From assembly GCA_963737155.1 (NCBI GenBank), contig CAVTRN010000002.1, forward strand, positions 768,001 to 832,000: a stretch of DNA of 64,000 bases, in the 5' to 3' direction. The position numbers and the translations under genes were made by a program. The DNA is from Nitrospirota bacterium. Lineage in GTDB: Bacteria > Nitrospirota > UBA9217. Positions 52,788 to 63,935 of this stretch are shown one piece after another. The first letter of the stretch is position 1. Every line of letters starts with the position of its first letter. The notes below the pieces were generated by a model, which had not been told where the DNA came from, ran no database searches, and worked only from the letters and a program-made list of their open reading frames with translations.

Positions 52788-54185
52788 GTGAGGAGAATCA
52801 TGCCACGAAGAGTTGGAATCGTAATTCTGATAGCAGGGGTGCTCGCCGTGCTTGGCATCGGCGGTTGGTGGTTCGGGTCCAAAGGGAACAAGGTGACGAC
52901 ATTCCGAACCGAATCGGTTAAACGAGGAAACGTGGTGGCCACGATCAGCGCGACGGGGACGGTGGAGCCGGTTCAAGTAGTCGATGTGGGCGCTCAGGTT
53001 GGCGGAATTATTATGTCCTTCGGCACAGACAAGTCTGGGAAGACCATTGATTATGGTTCAGCCGTAGAGAAGGGCACAGTGCTTGCGAAAATTGATGATT
53101 CACTTTATGTCGCCGCTCTGGATACCGCGAAGGCTCAATTACAACAGGCCGAGGCCAACAAGATCAGCGCCGACGCCAACGTGCTTCAGATGAAAGCGAA
53201 GCTGTTGGAGGCTTCAAATGACTGGGCTCGGGCGCAGAAGCTTGGTCCATCCGACGCGTTAGCGCAGACTGTCTATGACCAGTATCAAGCCACTTACGAG
53301 ACCGCCAAGGCCAACTTGGCGGCGGCCATGGCTGCCGTGGAGCAACAGGTCGCTGCCGTTGCGCAGGCGCAGGCCAACCTCGACACCGCGAAATACAATC
53401 TCGATTACTGTACCATCAAATCGCCGGTTAAAGGTGTGATTGTTGATCGGCGAGTCAACATAGGCCAGACAGTCGTTTCCAGCCTCAGCGCGCCGAGCCT
53501 CTTCCTCATTGCAACAGACCTCAAGCGCATTCAGGTCTGGGTGTCTGTCAACGAAGTCGACATAGGCAGCATTGCTAAAGACCAGCCAGTGACGTTTACG
53601 GTGGATGCTTATCCCAACCAGATATTCGAAGGACGCGTGGGTAAAATTCGGCTAAACGCGGCGATGACGCAGAATGTTGTCACATACACCGTAGAGGTAA
53701 ACACCCCCAACGACGACGGCAAACTGTTGCCCTACCTGACAGCCAACGCGCAGTTCAAGATCGGACGCTCACAAGGCGTGTTGCTGGTACCCAATGCGGC
53801 GCTCCGTTGGTCGCCACGGCCCGACCAGATCGCCCTAGGACCCCAGCTAGCGTCTCATCACACTCAGGGGGGGGCCTTGAACCGCGAAAGCGGCGGTGGG
53901 TCCGGCACCGGTGGCGCGCCACAAACGCACGGAACCATCTGGGTCGACGAGGGCAAGTTCGTCCGGCCTGTCGACGTGAACGTCGGATTGTCGGACGGCA
54001 TGGTGACAGGGGTCGAAAGCAATGATTTGACCGAAGGCATGCGCGTGGTCGTCGGCGAACGCACGCGGGAAGCTGCAAAGGGCTCGACCGAGGAGGAACG
54101 GAGTCCCTTCACGCCTGAAAATCCGTTCCACCACGGGCAGCCTCAGGGCCAAGGAGGGCCGGGCGGTCCTGGCGGTGGACACTGA
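52788..54185 (+). CDS. MacA-like periplasmic adaptor (membrane fusion protein)
   Basis: ATGTVEP, VGAQVGG, IKSPVKG and VNEVDIG motifs. Confidence 0.92.
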   Translation: MRRIMPRRVGIVILIAGVLAVLGIGGWWFGSKGNKVTTFRTESVKRGNVVATISATGTVEPVQVVDVGAQVGGIIMSFGTDKSGKTIDYGSAVEKGTVLAKIDDSLYVAALDTAKAQLQQAEANKISADANVLQMKAKLLEASNDWARAQKLGPSDALAQTVYDQYQATYETAKANLAAAMAAVEQQVAAVAQAQANLDTAKYNLDYCTIKSPVKGVIVDRRVNIGQTVVSSLSAPSLFLIATDLKRIQVWVSVNEVDIGSIAKDQPVTFTVDAYPNQIFEGRVGKIRLNAAMTQNVVTYTVEVNTPNDDGKLLPYLTANAQFKIGRSQGVLLVPNAALRWSPRPDQIALGPQLASHHTQGGALNRESGGGSGTGGAPQTHGTIWVDEGKFVRPVDVNVGLSDGMVTGVESNDLTEGMRVVVGERTREAAKGSTEEERSPFTPENPFHHGQPQGQGGPGGPGGGH

Positions 54186-54209
54186 CCTTGGCGGAGGAGT
54201 GATCTTCTT

Positions 54210-54920
54210 ATGGATTTGATCGAATTGCAAGACGTCCACAAGACCTACTTTCTCGGCGAGGTGGAGCTACCTGTTCTTCTGGGTGTTTCACTGAACATCG
54301 CCCGGGGTGAATTCGTATCATTGATGGGCGTTAGCGGTTCGGGCAAAAGCACGCTGATGAACATCCTCGGTTGCTTGGACTACCCGACTGCGGGCAAGTA
54401 CTGGCTTGACGGTAAGGAGATTTCCCGGCTTACCGCCAAGGCGCAGGCCCGGCTGCGAAATCGGATGATCGGTTTTGTGTTTCAATCTTTTAATCTGCTG
54501 CCTCGCACGACGGCGTTGGAGAACGTCCGAATGCCTCTCACTTACAGGCGAGACGACCTCAGCGAGCATCAAATGAACCAGCGTGCCACCGAGCTGCTCG
54601 AGAAATTTGGTTTGGCGGATCGCGCTGATCACCAGCCCTCTCAACTTTCCGGTGGTCAACAACAGCGCGTGGCAATCGCCCGGTCGCTGGTTAACAGCCC
54701 CCAAGTGCTTCTTGCGGATGAACCGACTGGCAACCTTGACTCGCGAACCAGCGCGGAACTCCTCCAGATGTTCCAGCAACTCAACCGGTCCGATGGCCTC
54801 ACCATCATACTCGTCACCCACGATCCCGGCGTAGCGCAACACGCCCAGCGGATCATTAATATCAAGGATGGACTCATCGAAAAAGAGTCCTTCCCACTCA
54901 AAACCGGAGGCGCCGCATGA
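54210..54920 (+). CDS. MacB/LolD-type ABC ATPase
   Basis: GVSGSGKST, LSGGQQQR and LADEPTGNLD motifs. Confidence 0.95.
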   Translation: MDLIELQDVHKTYFLGEVELPVLLGVSLNIARGEFVSLMGVSGSGKSTLMNILGCLDYPTAGKYWLDGKEISRLTAKAQARLRNRMIGFVFQSFNLLPRTTALENVRMPLTYRRDDLSEHQMNQRATELLEKFGLADRADHQPSQLSGGQQQRVAIARSLVNSPQVLLADEPTGNLDSRTSAELLQMFQQLNRSDGLTIILVTHDPGVAQHAQRIINIKDGLIEKESFPLKTGGAA

Positions 54921-56290
54921 GATCGTACATTACCCTGAAAACGGCCCTAGGCGCGCTCCGACGTAACGTTATGCGCACCGTGCTTACCACACTGGGCATT
55001 ATCATCGGTGTTGCATCGGTGATCACAATGATGGACATTGGACACGGTTCATCCATCGCGATCCAGAAAACCATGATCAGCATCGGCGCCAACACCCTTA
55101 TCATTCTGCCTGGTGCCCTTTCAAATGCCGGCATCAACTACGGGGCCGGCAGCATAATGACATTGACGCCCCAGGATGCGGATGCGATCGTCAAGGAGGT
55201 CTCCCCTGTCATCGGTGTAGCGCCGATCGTGCGCGCCCGCACGCAAGTTGTGTATGGCAACCGTAACTGGGTGCCAACGTACGTCTATGGCACCACCCCA
55301 TCGTTTCTTGTGGTGCGCGATTGGGCTGATCTCGACGAGGGGGAAGCCTTTACCGATCACGATGTCCTCAACGCCAGCAAAGTGTGCCTCGTTGGCCATA
55401 CAATCGTAAACGAATTATTCGGTGGCGAGTCTCCCGTCGGCAAGGTGGTCCGCATCCGGAGCGTGGATTTTAAAGTCATCGGTGTGTTGAAGAAAAAGGG
55501 CGCGAACCTGATGGGTCTGGACCAGGACGATATCCTACTGGCGCCGTGGACGACGATTAAATATCGCGTGGTCGCTGCCGCGCTTGGTAATTCGAACCAG
55601 AGCACAACGAACACGGCAAACACTAGCGAAGTCAATACCCTCAGCAATATCTACCCGGAAATCCAGCAGAATCTCTATCCGGTTCCTTCGACCAGCGAGA
55701 CGGCTGATGCACCATTACCGATTAGATTTACCACTGTGGACACGATCATGACCGCCGCACGATCAAGCGGCCTGATTCCCGCTGCCATTCAGCAGATCAC
55801 CATGGTGCTTCGAGAACGTCACCACCTTCGCAACAGTGATCCAAATGATTTCAACATTCGCGATATGACCGAGATTACAAAGGCGATGAGTTCAACGACA
55901 GATTTGATAACTAAATTGCTGTTGTATGTGGCCATGATTTCGCTGGTTGTCGGCGGAATCGGCATCATGAACATTATGCTGGTATCTGTAACCGAACGGA
56001 CGCGTGAGATAGGCCTGCGTATGGCAGTGGGCGCCGATCCCGGCGATATCCTGCGGCAGTTTTTGACCGAGGCCGTCATACTGTGCCTGCTGGGCGGTGC
56101 GACGGGCATCTTGTTGGGCCGCAGTTGTTCGTATATTGTATCGGCGGTATTGCACTGGCCAACGGCAGCTTCGCTAGGTGCAATCGTGGCAGCTGTCGTT
56201 GTGTCGGCCACTGTAGGCGTTATTTTCGGCTTCTATCCGGCTTGGAAAGCATCGCGGCTCAATCCAATCGAAGCACTTCGGTACGAGTGA
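54917..56290 (+). CDS. MacB/FtsX-type ABC permease
   Basis: LGIIIGV, GGIGIMNIMLVSVTERTREIG and PIEALRYE motifs. Confidence 0.95.
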   Translation: MRSYITLKTALGALRRNVMRTVLTTLGIIIGVASVITMMDIGHGSSIAIQKTMISIGANTLIILPGALSNAGINYGAGSIMTLTPQDADAIVKEVSPVIGVAPIVRARTQVVYGNRNWVPTYVYGTTPSFLVVRDWADLDEGEAFTDHDVLNASKVCLVGHTIVNELFGGESPVGKVVRIRSVDFKVIGVLKKKGANLMGLDQDDILLAPWTTIKYRVVAAALGNSNQSTTNTANTSEVNTLSNIYPEIQQNLYPVPSTSETADAPLPIRFTTVDTIMTAARSSGLIPAAIQQITMVLRERHHLRNSDPNDFNIRDMTEITKAMSSTTDLITKLLLYVAMISLVVGGIGIMNIMLVSVTERTREIGLRMAVGADPGDILRQFLTEAVILCLLGGATGILLGRSCSYIVSAVLHWPTAASLGAIVAAVVVSATVGVIFGFYPAWKASRLNPIEALRYE

Positions 56291-56300
56291 GGTAGAATGA

Positions 56301-57794
56301 ATGGATGCGAACGTGAAGTGGCGCTCCTTTTCGGTCGCGCTTGTGGCTCTTGGTATATGCGTAACGATACTTGGCGGATGTATGGTTGGTCCGAATTTCC
56401 ATCCGCCGCAGCCGACCAAAGTCCCCAATGCTTGGGTCGGCGTGGAGAATACGCCGACTACACCATCCGTTGCCACCGCCGGTCAACAGGCACTTACGCA
56501 GTGGTGGAGACAGTTTGACGACCCGACATTGATTGCGCTGGTCGATGAAGCGCTAAAAGCAAACTTAAGCCTGAAAATCGCTGAGACGAACTTGCGCGCA
56601 GCCCGAGCCACACGGGGTGTGGTTGCTGGAGGTCTGTGGCCAGCAGTTACCGCCTCTGGCAGTTACCAGAAATACCACACGGCGGGAGTCACACCGGGCA
56701 ATCAAGTACACAATCTTTATCAGGCTGGTTTTGATGCCGCATGGGAACTTGATCTGTTCGGTGGCCAGCGCCGCAACGTCGAATCGGCCGACGCCAACAT
56801 CCAGGCTGCAATCGAAAACATCCGTGACGCGCAGGTCAGCCTCATTGCAGAAGTGGCACTCAATTACATCCAACTCCGCGGTTACCAGCAGGAGATCGTG
56901 ATTGCACAAAGCAATCTGAAATCACAGGAGCACACCGCCGATATTGTTCATAGAAGTTTCAAAGTAGGTTTCTCCAGCGGACTTGACGCTGCTAATGCTG
57001 ACTCTGATGTTGCGACGACCGAGTCTCAAATTCCAGTTTTTGAAATTGAAGCGAGGCAAGCTATTTACGCGTTAAGTGTGCTGTTGGCCCGGCCGCCGGG
57101 CGATTTGCTGGAGCAGTTATCTCCGACGGCTAACCTGCCCAAGGTGCCGATGCAAGTTCCCGCTGGCTTGCCATCGGACTTGTTGCGCCGTCGGGCCGAC
57201 ATTCGCGAGGCTGAGGCACAATTGCATGCCGCCACCGCCCAAATCGGCGTCGCTACTGCCGACTTCTTTCCGACGTTTTCACTTACGGGTACGCTAGACT
57301 GGAGTAGTAACCTGCTGCGCAAGTTGTGGAACAACGCCAATCGATCGTTCGCAGCAGGCCCATCGGTGACGTGGCCGCTTTTTCAGGGCGGCGCGATTGT
57401 GTCTAACGTACGTTTACAGGAGGCGCTGCGGGACGAGTCATTCATCACGTACCAACAAACAGTCCTTGCAGCGTTTGAGGATGTCGAGAATGCGTTGATT
57501 GCTTTTTCCAGGGAACAACAGCACCATAAATTTCTGAGCGACGCCGTTAGTAACGACCGCAAGGCCGTGGATTTGTCATCGCAGCTTTACATAGCGGGCC
57601 TGACCGATTTTCTCAACGTAGAAATTGCCCAACGAACGCTTTACTCCGACGAGAACACCTTGGTGCAGAGCGAGACGAGCATCGTCACCGATCTCATAGC
57701 ACTCTACAAAGCCTTGGGCGGCGGTTGGGAATCCGTACCTCCGACCACTACCATGGGAAATGCTGTTGCGGAGTCAACTCGCAATGGCAAGTAA
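56301..57794 (+). CDS. NodT/OprM-family outer-membrane efflux lipoprotein
   Basis: GGCMVGP lipobox; WELDLFG, LLRRRADI and LYKALGGGW motifs. Confidence 0.95.
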   Translation: MDANVKWRSFSVALVALGICVTILGGCMVGPNFHPPQPTKVPNAWVGVENTPTTPSVATAGQQALTQWWRQFDDPTLIALVDEALKANLSLKIAETNLRAARATRGVVAGGLWPAVTASGSYQKYHTAGVTPGNQVHNLYQAGFDAAWELDLFGGQRRNVESADANIQAAIENIRDAQVSLIAEVALNYIQLRGYQQEIVIAQSNLKSQEHTADIVHRSFKVGFSSGLDAANADSDVATTESQIPVFEIEARQAIYALSVLLARPPGDLLEQLSPTANLPKVPMQVPAGLPSDLLRRRADIREAEAQLHAATAQIGVATADFFPTFSLTGTLDWSSNLLRKLWNNANRSFAAGPSVTWPLFQGGAIVSNVRLQEALRDESFITYQQTVLAAFEDVENALIAFSREQQHHKFLSDAVSNDRKAVDLSSQLYIAGLTDFLNVEIAQRTLYSDENTLVQSETSIVTDLIALYKALGGGWESVPPTTTMGNAVAESTRNGK

Positions 57795-58059
57795 TGCTGA
57801 ACAAATCCCGTTGCAATACATGCCTAGCTCAGCTATAGATGCCGATCGCAATCGCGTCGCTGTAATGCGTTAGTGCTTTCATGCTCCCTCCCGCTGGTAC
57901 AATCATATACATAGAATTCCATGGACTGCTTCAAATTGGATTACACTGAAGATGTCAGCTCCGCTTCAGTGCAATTAGACGGAGGAGAGAAATGGTTGTT
58001 GGGAAGATAGGAGGGCAGACATCGGGAATAAGTAACTTGTTTGGTTCAAAAAAACCTGC

Positions 58060-58470
58060 TCATGCTGCCATGTCGACCAGATGACGCTCACCTGTAGCAT
58101 AGCGCTCCAGATATTTTAATCTCAAGCGGGAGTGCCATGCAAACCTGACCAGCATTCCGCGTGGCAACTGCATCCTGTGGCCAGCTATCGGCATGACCTT
58201 GCCGCGCACCTCGGCAAGCAGCTTGGCCTCGGGGGGAATATAGAAATGCATTGTGATTGATGTGCCTGCGGGAAGTGGAGATTCCGTCCGGATAAATATC
58301 AATGATTTCTTAAGGTTTAGGACAAAATCGGCGCACATCTCACCCACCTCGGTTCCATTCTTAACGGCAAGACAGACCGGAAAAGGGACAAGCTCGGGCA
58401 CCTTTCCTGAATCCCCAATCTTCAGATGCCCATTTGCATCATATAGGAAGATGTTCCCCATCGTTACCAC
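58060..58470 (-). CDS. PilZ-like domain protein, degenerate
   Basis: FIRTESPLPAGT...F.IP...GKV...GMLVRF. Confidence 0.65.
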   Translation of the reverse strand: MVTMGNIFLYDANGHLKIGDSGKVPELVPFPVCLAVKNGTEVGEMCADFVLNLKKSLIFIRTESPLPAGTSITMHFYIPPEAKLLAEVRGKVMPIAGHRMQLPRGMLVRFAWHSRLRLKYLERYATGERHLVDMAA

Positions 58471-59362
58471 GTCCTTGTTAATAATATTATATCATAAGAG
58501 TTGAGTGGGAAAAGGGGAAGCAACGGAATAGACATGAAGCGCGAGAAAATTTACCAGTTCTCTCTGACGCGCATTAATTGGCAATTTTATAATGTATTTT
58601 CATATTGCATAATGTTCCTATTAAACTTAGCGTGCCATTCTACAGCACCACGTTTACGAATTCATGAAACTACCTCGCAAATGGAGAGACGTCTCCTCCC
58701 CGCGACATCATTGGCGCTATAACAAGGAGTATGCAAAGGTGATTTGTTTACGAACTATTTTAACAAACGTAATGGGTGATGAAATAAAATAAAAAGTGCC
58801 ATTAAACCAAAGATAGGCCAAGGTGTCAAATTAAATACTGCGTTCATTTAATGATACATATCAACAAATGCACATAGAAGCATAAAATGATAGTAGCGGG
58901 TTAATTTTTTTTCAAAAGCGAAACAGATGGTTGCTGGCGTTAGCCCAGGGATGAATGAGCCCTTGATATTCCTTACTTTAATCCCATGATATGAAATTTT
59001 AGAGCAATATAATCCTAACTATAAAAACACTTTGGCTGTGCCAATATCCCGCGAAATAGGGATTCGAAGACCGTAAGCCCGGAGCCATCCTGCAATCGCA
59101 TTTGCTACTCACCATATCTAACAGGAACCTTTCGGGAGGATATGGTGGACGGCTTCGTGTTTTGTAAACGTCGATGACCTTGACAGAGCAACGACGCCGC
59201 AAGCACAATCGCAGACTGAAACAATAACACCCCGGCCACATTGGCTTCATCGACAGTAACCGCTTAAAGCCAATTTGAAAGCCCATGGCATCCTATCTAT
59301 TGCCCAAGAAGGATGTTAATCCGCAGAATTATTAGATTTGCTCATTATTCGGAGGTTGCGCC

Positions 59363-59566
59363 ATGAACATATTTACTCCAGAGTGCATCATGCTTGCGCT
59401 TGTTTTATTGTACTTCATTTATTCGTTGTGGAGTGAGAATGGAATTCATGAGGGGAAAAGACAAGACACTACGAACATGAATAACGGGAGGAAGGAATAC
59501 GATCGCGTCGATCTATTGAAACATTTGATCAAAAGGTTCTTTTGCACAAGTTCTAAAAATTGTTAA
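59363..59566 (+). CDS. Small hypothetical membrane protein
   Basis: SD GGAGG; N-terminal TM segment. Confidence 0.45.
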   Translation: MNIFTPECIMLALVLLYFIYSLWSENGIHEGKRQDTTNMNNGRKEYDRVDLLKHLIKRFFCTSSKNC

Positions 59567-59998
59567 AAGCCGGCGTTTCTTTTGTGCGTGGTTTGGGGAC
59601 CTACCTTGATACGGCAAAATGGATAAGGTTAACAACGGAGTAGGGAATAGGCTTAAAAAGATGTTGTCGTCTTTAATCGGGGAACCATGAGCGTCAAGCA
59701 GAAGGCCGTTGCATTCTCCGAAGAAGGTCAAGGTCAGTATAAGTCAATCTTGCCCAAAAATAGATAGTTAATTGTTTTGTCGATCTGGGTGCCAGGGTGT
59801 TCAGATTTGTAACGTCAAAAAAAATCGCAAATTTCTGTTCTTGATACCAGCGTGAACGGTATCATTTGCAATTTCAACGAGATGAAGCGAAGCTGGTATC
59901 AGTGGAAAAGATGAAAAAAGACAGGAAACAAAAAACCGAAAAAACTGCTTAAATCCTATCCTCTCTACTGTAAAGATGCAACACTGTATCACTTTATT

Positions 59999-60033
59999 GG
60001 GCTGGAAACCTTATGGTTTCGGCCCTTTTTTTT
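59999..60033 (+). terminator. Orphan intrinsic terminator
   Basis: GGGCTGGAAACC-ttat-GGTTTCGGCCC followed by T8. Confidence 0.65.
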
Positions 60034-60508
60034 AAACAGATTGAAAACCAGTATAAAAAGTCTGTTCGGATAGGTAGAGGCGTATATATTGGGGCAGAGC
60101 GAAGAAATGGGTTACGAGCCATTTCTATTCGCTAAATTTACCAAGGGGTGGCTTTAGAGAGCGAATCCTTTTTCATGTATGGTGCAATCTAGTGAACGGG
60201 GTCTTATGCTCACATTCAGCAAAGGGAAGAGAGTGAGGGAGGACGATACCAGTTGAAAAAGACCTTTCGATATCTCCCTTGATGATCGAGAGAGCAAGAA
60301 GATGGTCAAAGATCAACCTAGGAAGACTCCGCACCTTCTCAGAACCTTTAATAAATCGATCATCGATTTGACAAGCAATAAATTAGTGATAGACTGATTT
60401 TATAATGTAAAGCCATATGAACATTACCTATCATAGCAATTTTAGCCGGGGATATTTCTAGTAAATAAACCATGTAAAAAATATGCAATCTAAAAAGGAG
60501 GTGAAAAA

Positions 60509-60853
60509 ATGAAAAGATATTTAGGTGTGCTTGTGGCAGTCTTCATTGTTAGTCTTGGATACGGATGCGCGACCAAAGATTTTGTTAACTCGCGTGTCGA
60601 TCCGCTTGAGAGCAGGATCAACGACCTCGAGAGCAGGCTAAGCAAAGTTGAGAAGGCAAGCATGGCATCTTCCGAAGCGGAACAGAAGCAGTTGCAAGAT
60701 GCGACTGCCCGCGCAGAAGAAGCAGAGAAAAAAGCAGAGGAAACCATGCAGAAGTGCGAAGCTGCTCAGGAAGGGGCTGCCGCTGCGGAGCAACAGGCCC
60801 AGGCCAATGCGGAGAAATGCCAGAAGGAATTCGAGCTGATGCAGAAAAAATGA
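60509..60853 (+). CDS. Lpp/OprI-like alanine-zipper lipoprotein 1
   Basis: SD AGGAGG; GC lipobox; coiled coil; C-terminal KEFELMQKK. Confidence 0.8.
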   Translation: MKRYLGVLVAVFIVSLGYGCATKDFVNSRVDPLESRINDLESRLSKVEKASMASSEAEQKQLQDATARAEEAEKKAEETMQKCEAAQEGAAAAEQQAQANAEKCQKEFELMQKK

Positions 60854-61055
60854 TGTAAAGAGGGAAAACATGGGGGTTTGATTATCGTCAAGCCCCTTAC
60901 GTTATCTCGCGTGGAACTGTTCCATGATTTTGATGGGTTAGCGGAAATAGATAAAGCTTGCGAGAATGAACCAATGTTCATAAGTCTCCGCAGGATAGCA
61001 GGATGCAAATTTAGTATTTAATGACATAATGGAGACAGAGGAAAGGCAGACAAAC

Positions 61056-61292
61056 ATGAAGAAGTATGGCGTTCTGATGGCATCAGTTGTTCTGTTATGC
61101 GCGAGTTTTGGATGCGCCAGCAAAGATTCCGTTAAATCGCTCGAGGATAGAGTCAGCAGGCTTGAGCAGCAGGCAGACATTAACGCAAAAAGGGCGGAAG
61201 ATGCAGCTGCCCGGTCGGAGGCAGCGGCGAATAGATCCGAGTTCGCTGCACAGAAATCCACGAAGGAATTCGAGCTGATGCAGCATAAATAA
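61056..61292 (+). CDS. Lpp/OprI-like alanine-zipper lipoprotein 2
   Basis: FGC lipobox; AEDAAARSEAAA; C-terminal KEFELMQHK. Confidence 0.8.
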   Translation: MKKYGVLMASVVLLCASFGCASKDSVKSLEDRVSRLEQQADINAKRAEDAAARSEAAANRSEFAAQKSTKEFELMQHK

Positions 61293-61455
61293 TGCGTCGT
61301 CTCACCAGAGGCCAACGCATATTAGGCCCTGAAGTTCCTGCCACATCGAAAAGTCCACCGAATAGCCTACTCGGATTAACGTCTTGATGCGTCCTTTTTT
61401 TTGCCCCTTCTTCCGATGCCCCGTAATACATCGGTTACGTGGATCAGCACTGTGC

Positions 61456-61686
61456 CTAGAGAATTACACATCGCATAATTGACATGGGATTATTCGGTCC
61501 CGGTGGCACCACCATGGCCGTTTCGGTTTTTTTATTTCTAATTGATACGGGAACATGCCTGTCAGGAATCACGGTCTTTTCCATCACTTTAAATATATCG
61601 CGGTATCGCTGCAACCTGCTTGTCTTACAAGCAGGTTGTTGCTCTCTCAACGAAACGCCGCGAAGAATGTTCACTGTATATTGCAA
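61456..61686 (-). pseudogene. Remnant of an ErfK/YbiS-type L,D-transpeptidase
   Basis: FKVMEK...HVPVSIR...VVPPGPNNPM; catalytic His/Cys segment missing. Confidence 0.6.
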
Positions 61687-61709
61687 TAGGTTGGATCAAG
61701 TAAATACTT

Positions 61710-62210
61710 CTATCGTATAATAACCTTTTTTACGCCTTGGTTCTTCACCCATTGCGCCACCGCTAGAATGTCTTCATCCGTACCGACAGCGATACATCCG
61801 TGTGTCCAGTCGACCTCGGCAGAATATTTTCCGAGCCAGAGACTGTTGCGGTATGGCCCGTGTATGCCTATATTTCCGCCGGAATAGCCTTTGGCTGATT
61901 GCATCGTGTTCGGATATCCGATGGGGATGAAGAACCGGAACTTGTCAGAGTGTCTCGGCAAACCAAGATCGTACTCTCCCAGAGGGGTTTTTTTGTCTCC
62001 CTTGTTTCGTTTTTTGACACCGCACTGACCGAGTGCTACACGGAATTTAGCGATCGCATCACTCTTCTGACACATCCACATTGTATGGGTGGAGGTGTAA
62101 ATGATAAGAGCGGTATCCTGTCCCTTGCATGGGCTGTCTTCCGATGCCAGTCCCGGCAAAGAATTCAGCACGATCAGGAAAAGAACGATGATGAGAACGA
62201 TGTGCTTCAT
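61710..62210 (-). CDS. YkuD-family L,D-transpeptidase, YafK/DpaA-like
   Basis: Signal peptide; GDKKTPLGEY, IGYPN and IGIHG...WTHGCIA motifs. Confidence 0.85.
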   Translation of the reverse strand: MKHIVLIIVLFLIVLNSLPGLASEDSPCKGQDTALIIYTSTHTMWMCQKSDAIAKFRVALGQCGVKKRNKGDKKTPLGEYDLGLPRHSDKFRFFIPIGYPNTMQSAKGYSGGNIGIHGPYRNSLWLGKYSAEVDWTHGCIAVGTDEDILAVAQWVKNQGVKKVIIR

Positions 62211-62681
62211 ACCCTTCAATATAATATTTCGCAATAATTATTGAGAACCAGCAGATTCTTTATAACGTCTGCAATGGCATAGATACAATATACGAAAAAT
62301 GAGCGGTAACGTCAAGAATGAGCATAGCTGCCCGGCCACTCTGCAATACCATTTAGGACGGCATAAAACAGGGTGTAGACAGGCTTTTTGATTACTTTTT
62401 ATCTCTGGTTTCCCACAAGCCCGGAGGTGGTCAGTTGGTCTTGAAGTGATTGATATATAATCGACACCTCTTTTTTTATATGTTAAAATATTAAAGATGG
62501 ACAGCCTAGAAAAGCCAGGCCTGTCTTCGACGCTTCGGTATCGGCCTTGGTAAAAGAGGAGTTTTTTGGTGAGGAACGGATCGAACACATCAATACGAAG
62601 AAGTATAAAAAGACAGACGACATCAAACGGAGCGCTTGACTTATTTTGGCACACTCATAAACAAAGGCCGGGAACATTCGT

Positions 62682-63935
62682 ATGAGGAATATATCAGGTT
62701 TTTCAAAAAATTGGTTTTTGCCGTTGATACTGGGGGTCATGATTGGTTCGTTATACCATCACATTATTCATTTTGATCCGGTGCCGTCCGCAGAGATACC
62801 CAGTGCAGCAGCTCCGGAATTCCGGTTGATGGCCGAGGCATGGAACGCTATCGAGCAGCATTACGTCGATCGGTCTGCAGTTCAGCCTAAGAAGATGGCC
62901 TACGGCGCGGCCAGCGGTATGGTGGACTCCCTTGGTGATACAGGCCACAGCATATTTCTGACTCCGGATATGGTCCAGGAAGAACAAAGTGTGGAGCGTG
63001 GAGAGTTTGCCGGTATAGGTGCAGAGCTTCAGGTGAAAAATAAACAATTGGTCATTGTTGCGCCCATGGATGGCTCACCTGCGCAAAAAGCAGGACTTCG
63101 TCCCGGCGACGTAATCAAAAAAGTTGATGACCTCAGCGTGGAAGGGCTACCGCTACCACAGGCTATCAGCGATATTAGAGGGCCCGTCGGCACGCGAGTG
63201 TCGTTAACAATTGTGGACCCGATAACGGGGAAGGAACGGACACTCGAGATCGTTCGCGCTAAAATACAGCTTCACAGTGTTACTTGGCAGATGCTCCCGG
63301 GAACCGATCTGGCGCATGTGCGGATTGCGTTTTTCAGCAAAGGAACAGCAAAGGCCCTGGAAAAATCGCTCGCCGAGACCGAAGGCGCTGGAGCAAAAGG
63401 ATTGATTCTCGATCTCCGGAACGATCCAGGGGGCCTTCTGAACATGGCAGTGGGTGTGGAAAGTCAATTGATAAATGAAGGGGACGCGTTGCAGGAAAAG
63501 GATGCCCACGGCGTTGTGCGGCCTGTGCACCTTGAAAGTGGCTTCAAAAAATATAATCTTCCTCTTGTTGTTCTCATAAACGAAGGGACGGCGAGCGCGG
63601 CAGAGATTGTTGCCGGAGCTCTCCAGGATGCCATGCGCGCAAAACTTGTGGGTGAGACGACCTTTGGAACCGGCACAGTCCTAAAAATCGTTCCTCTTTC
63701 CGATGGTTCGGCCTTACAGCTCGCCTTCCTGGAATGGCTTACGCCGAAAGGCCGCACGATTTGGCATAAAGGCATCACACCTGATATCATAGTTTCTCTT
63801 CCCGACGGCGTGTTGCCCTCGATCCCGGAAACGGAACGGCATATCACGCTCGAAACTTTGCACGCAAGCAAGGACCTGCAGTTGATTCGTGCGATCGAAC
63901 TCATGCATGATAATTTCTCCACTCGGAGAGATTGA
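62682..63935 (+). CDS. ctpA: S41 C-terminal processing protease
   Basis: PDZ domain GIGAEL; LDLRNDPGG, TASAAEI, TFGTG and GITPD motifs. Confidence 0.92.
   Translation: MRNISGFSKNWFLPLILGVMIGSLYHHIIHFDPVPSAEIPSAAAPEFRLMAEAWNAIEQHYVDRSAVQPKKMAYGAASGMVDSLGDTGHSIFLTPDMVQEEQSVERGEFAGIGAELQVKNKQLVIVAPMDGSPAQKAGLRPGDVIKKVDDLSVEGLPLPQAISDIRGPVGTRVSLTIVDPITGKERTLEIVRAKIQLHSVTWQMLPGTDLAHVRIAFFSKGTAKALEKSLAETEGAGAKGLILDLRNDPGGLLNMAVGVESQLINEGDALQEKDAHGVVRPVHLESGFKKYNLPLVVLINEGTASAAEIVAGALQDAMRAKLVGETTFGTGTVLKIVPLSDGSALQLAFLEWLTPKGRTIWHKGITPDIIVSLPDGVLPSIPETERHITLETLHASKDLQLIRAIELMHDNFSTRRD

Noticed and set aside
60071-60250. GTAGAGGCG, like the start of a lysine riboswitch
   Set aside because: Other conserved elements are not identifiable and there is no lysine-related gene downstream
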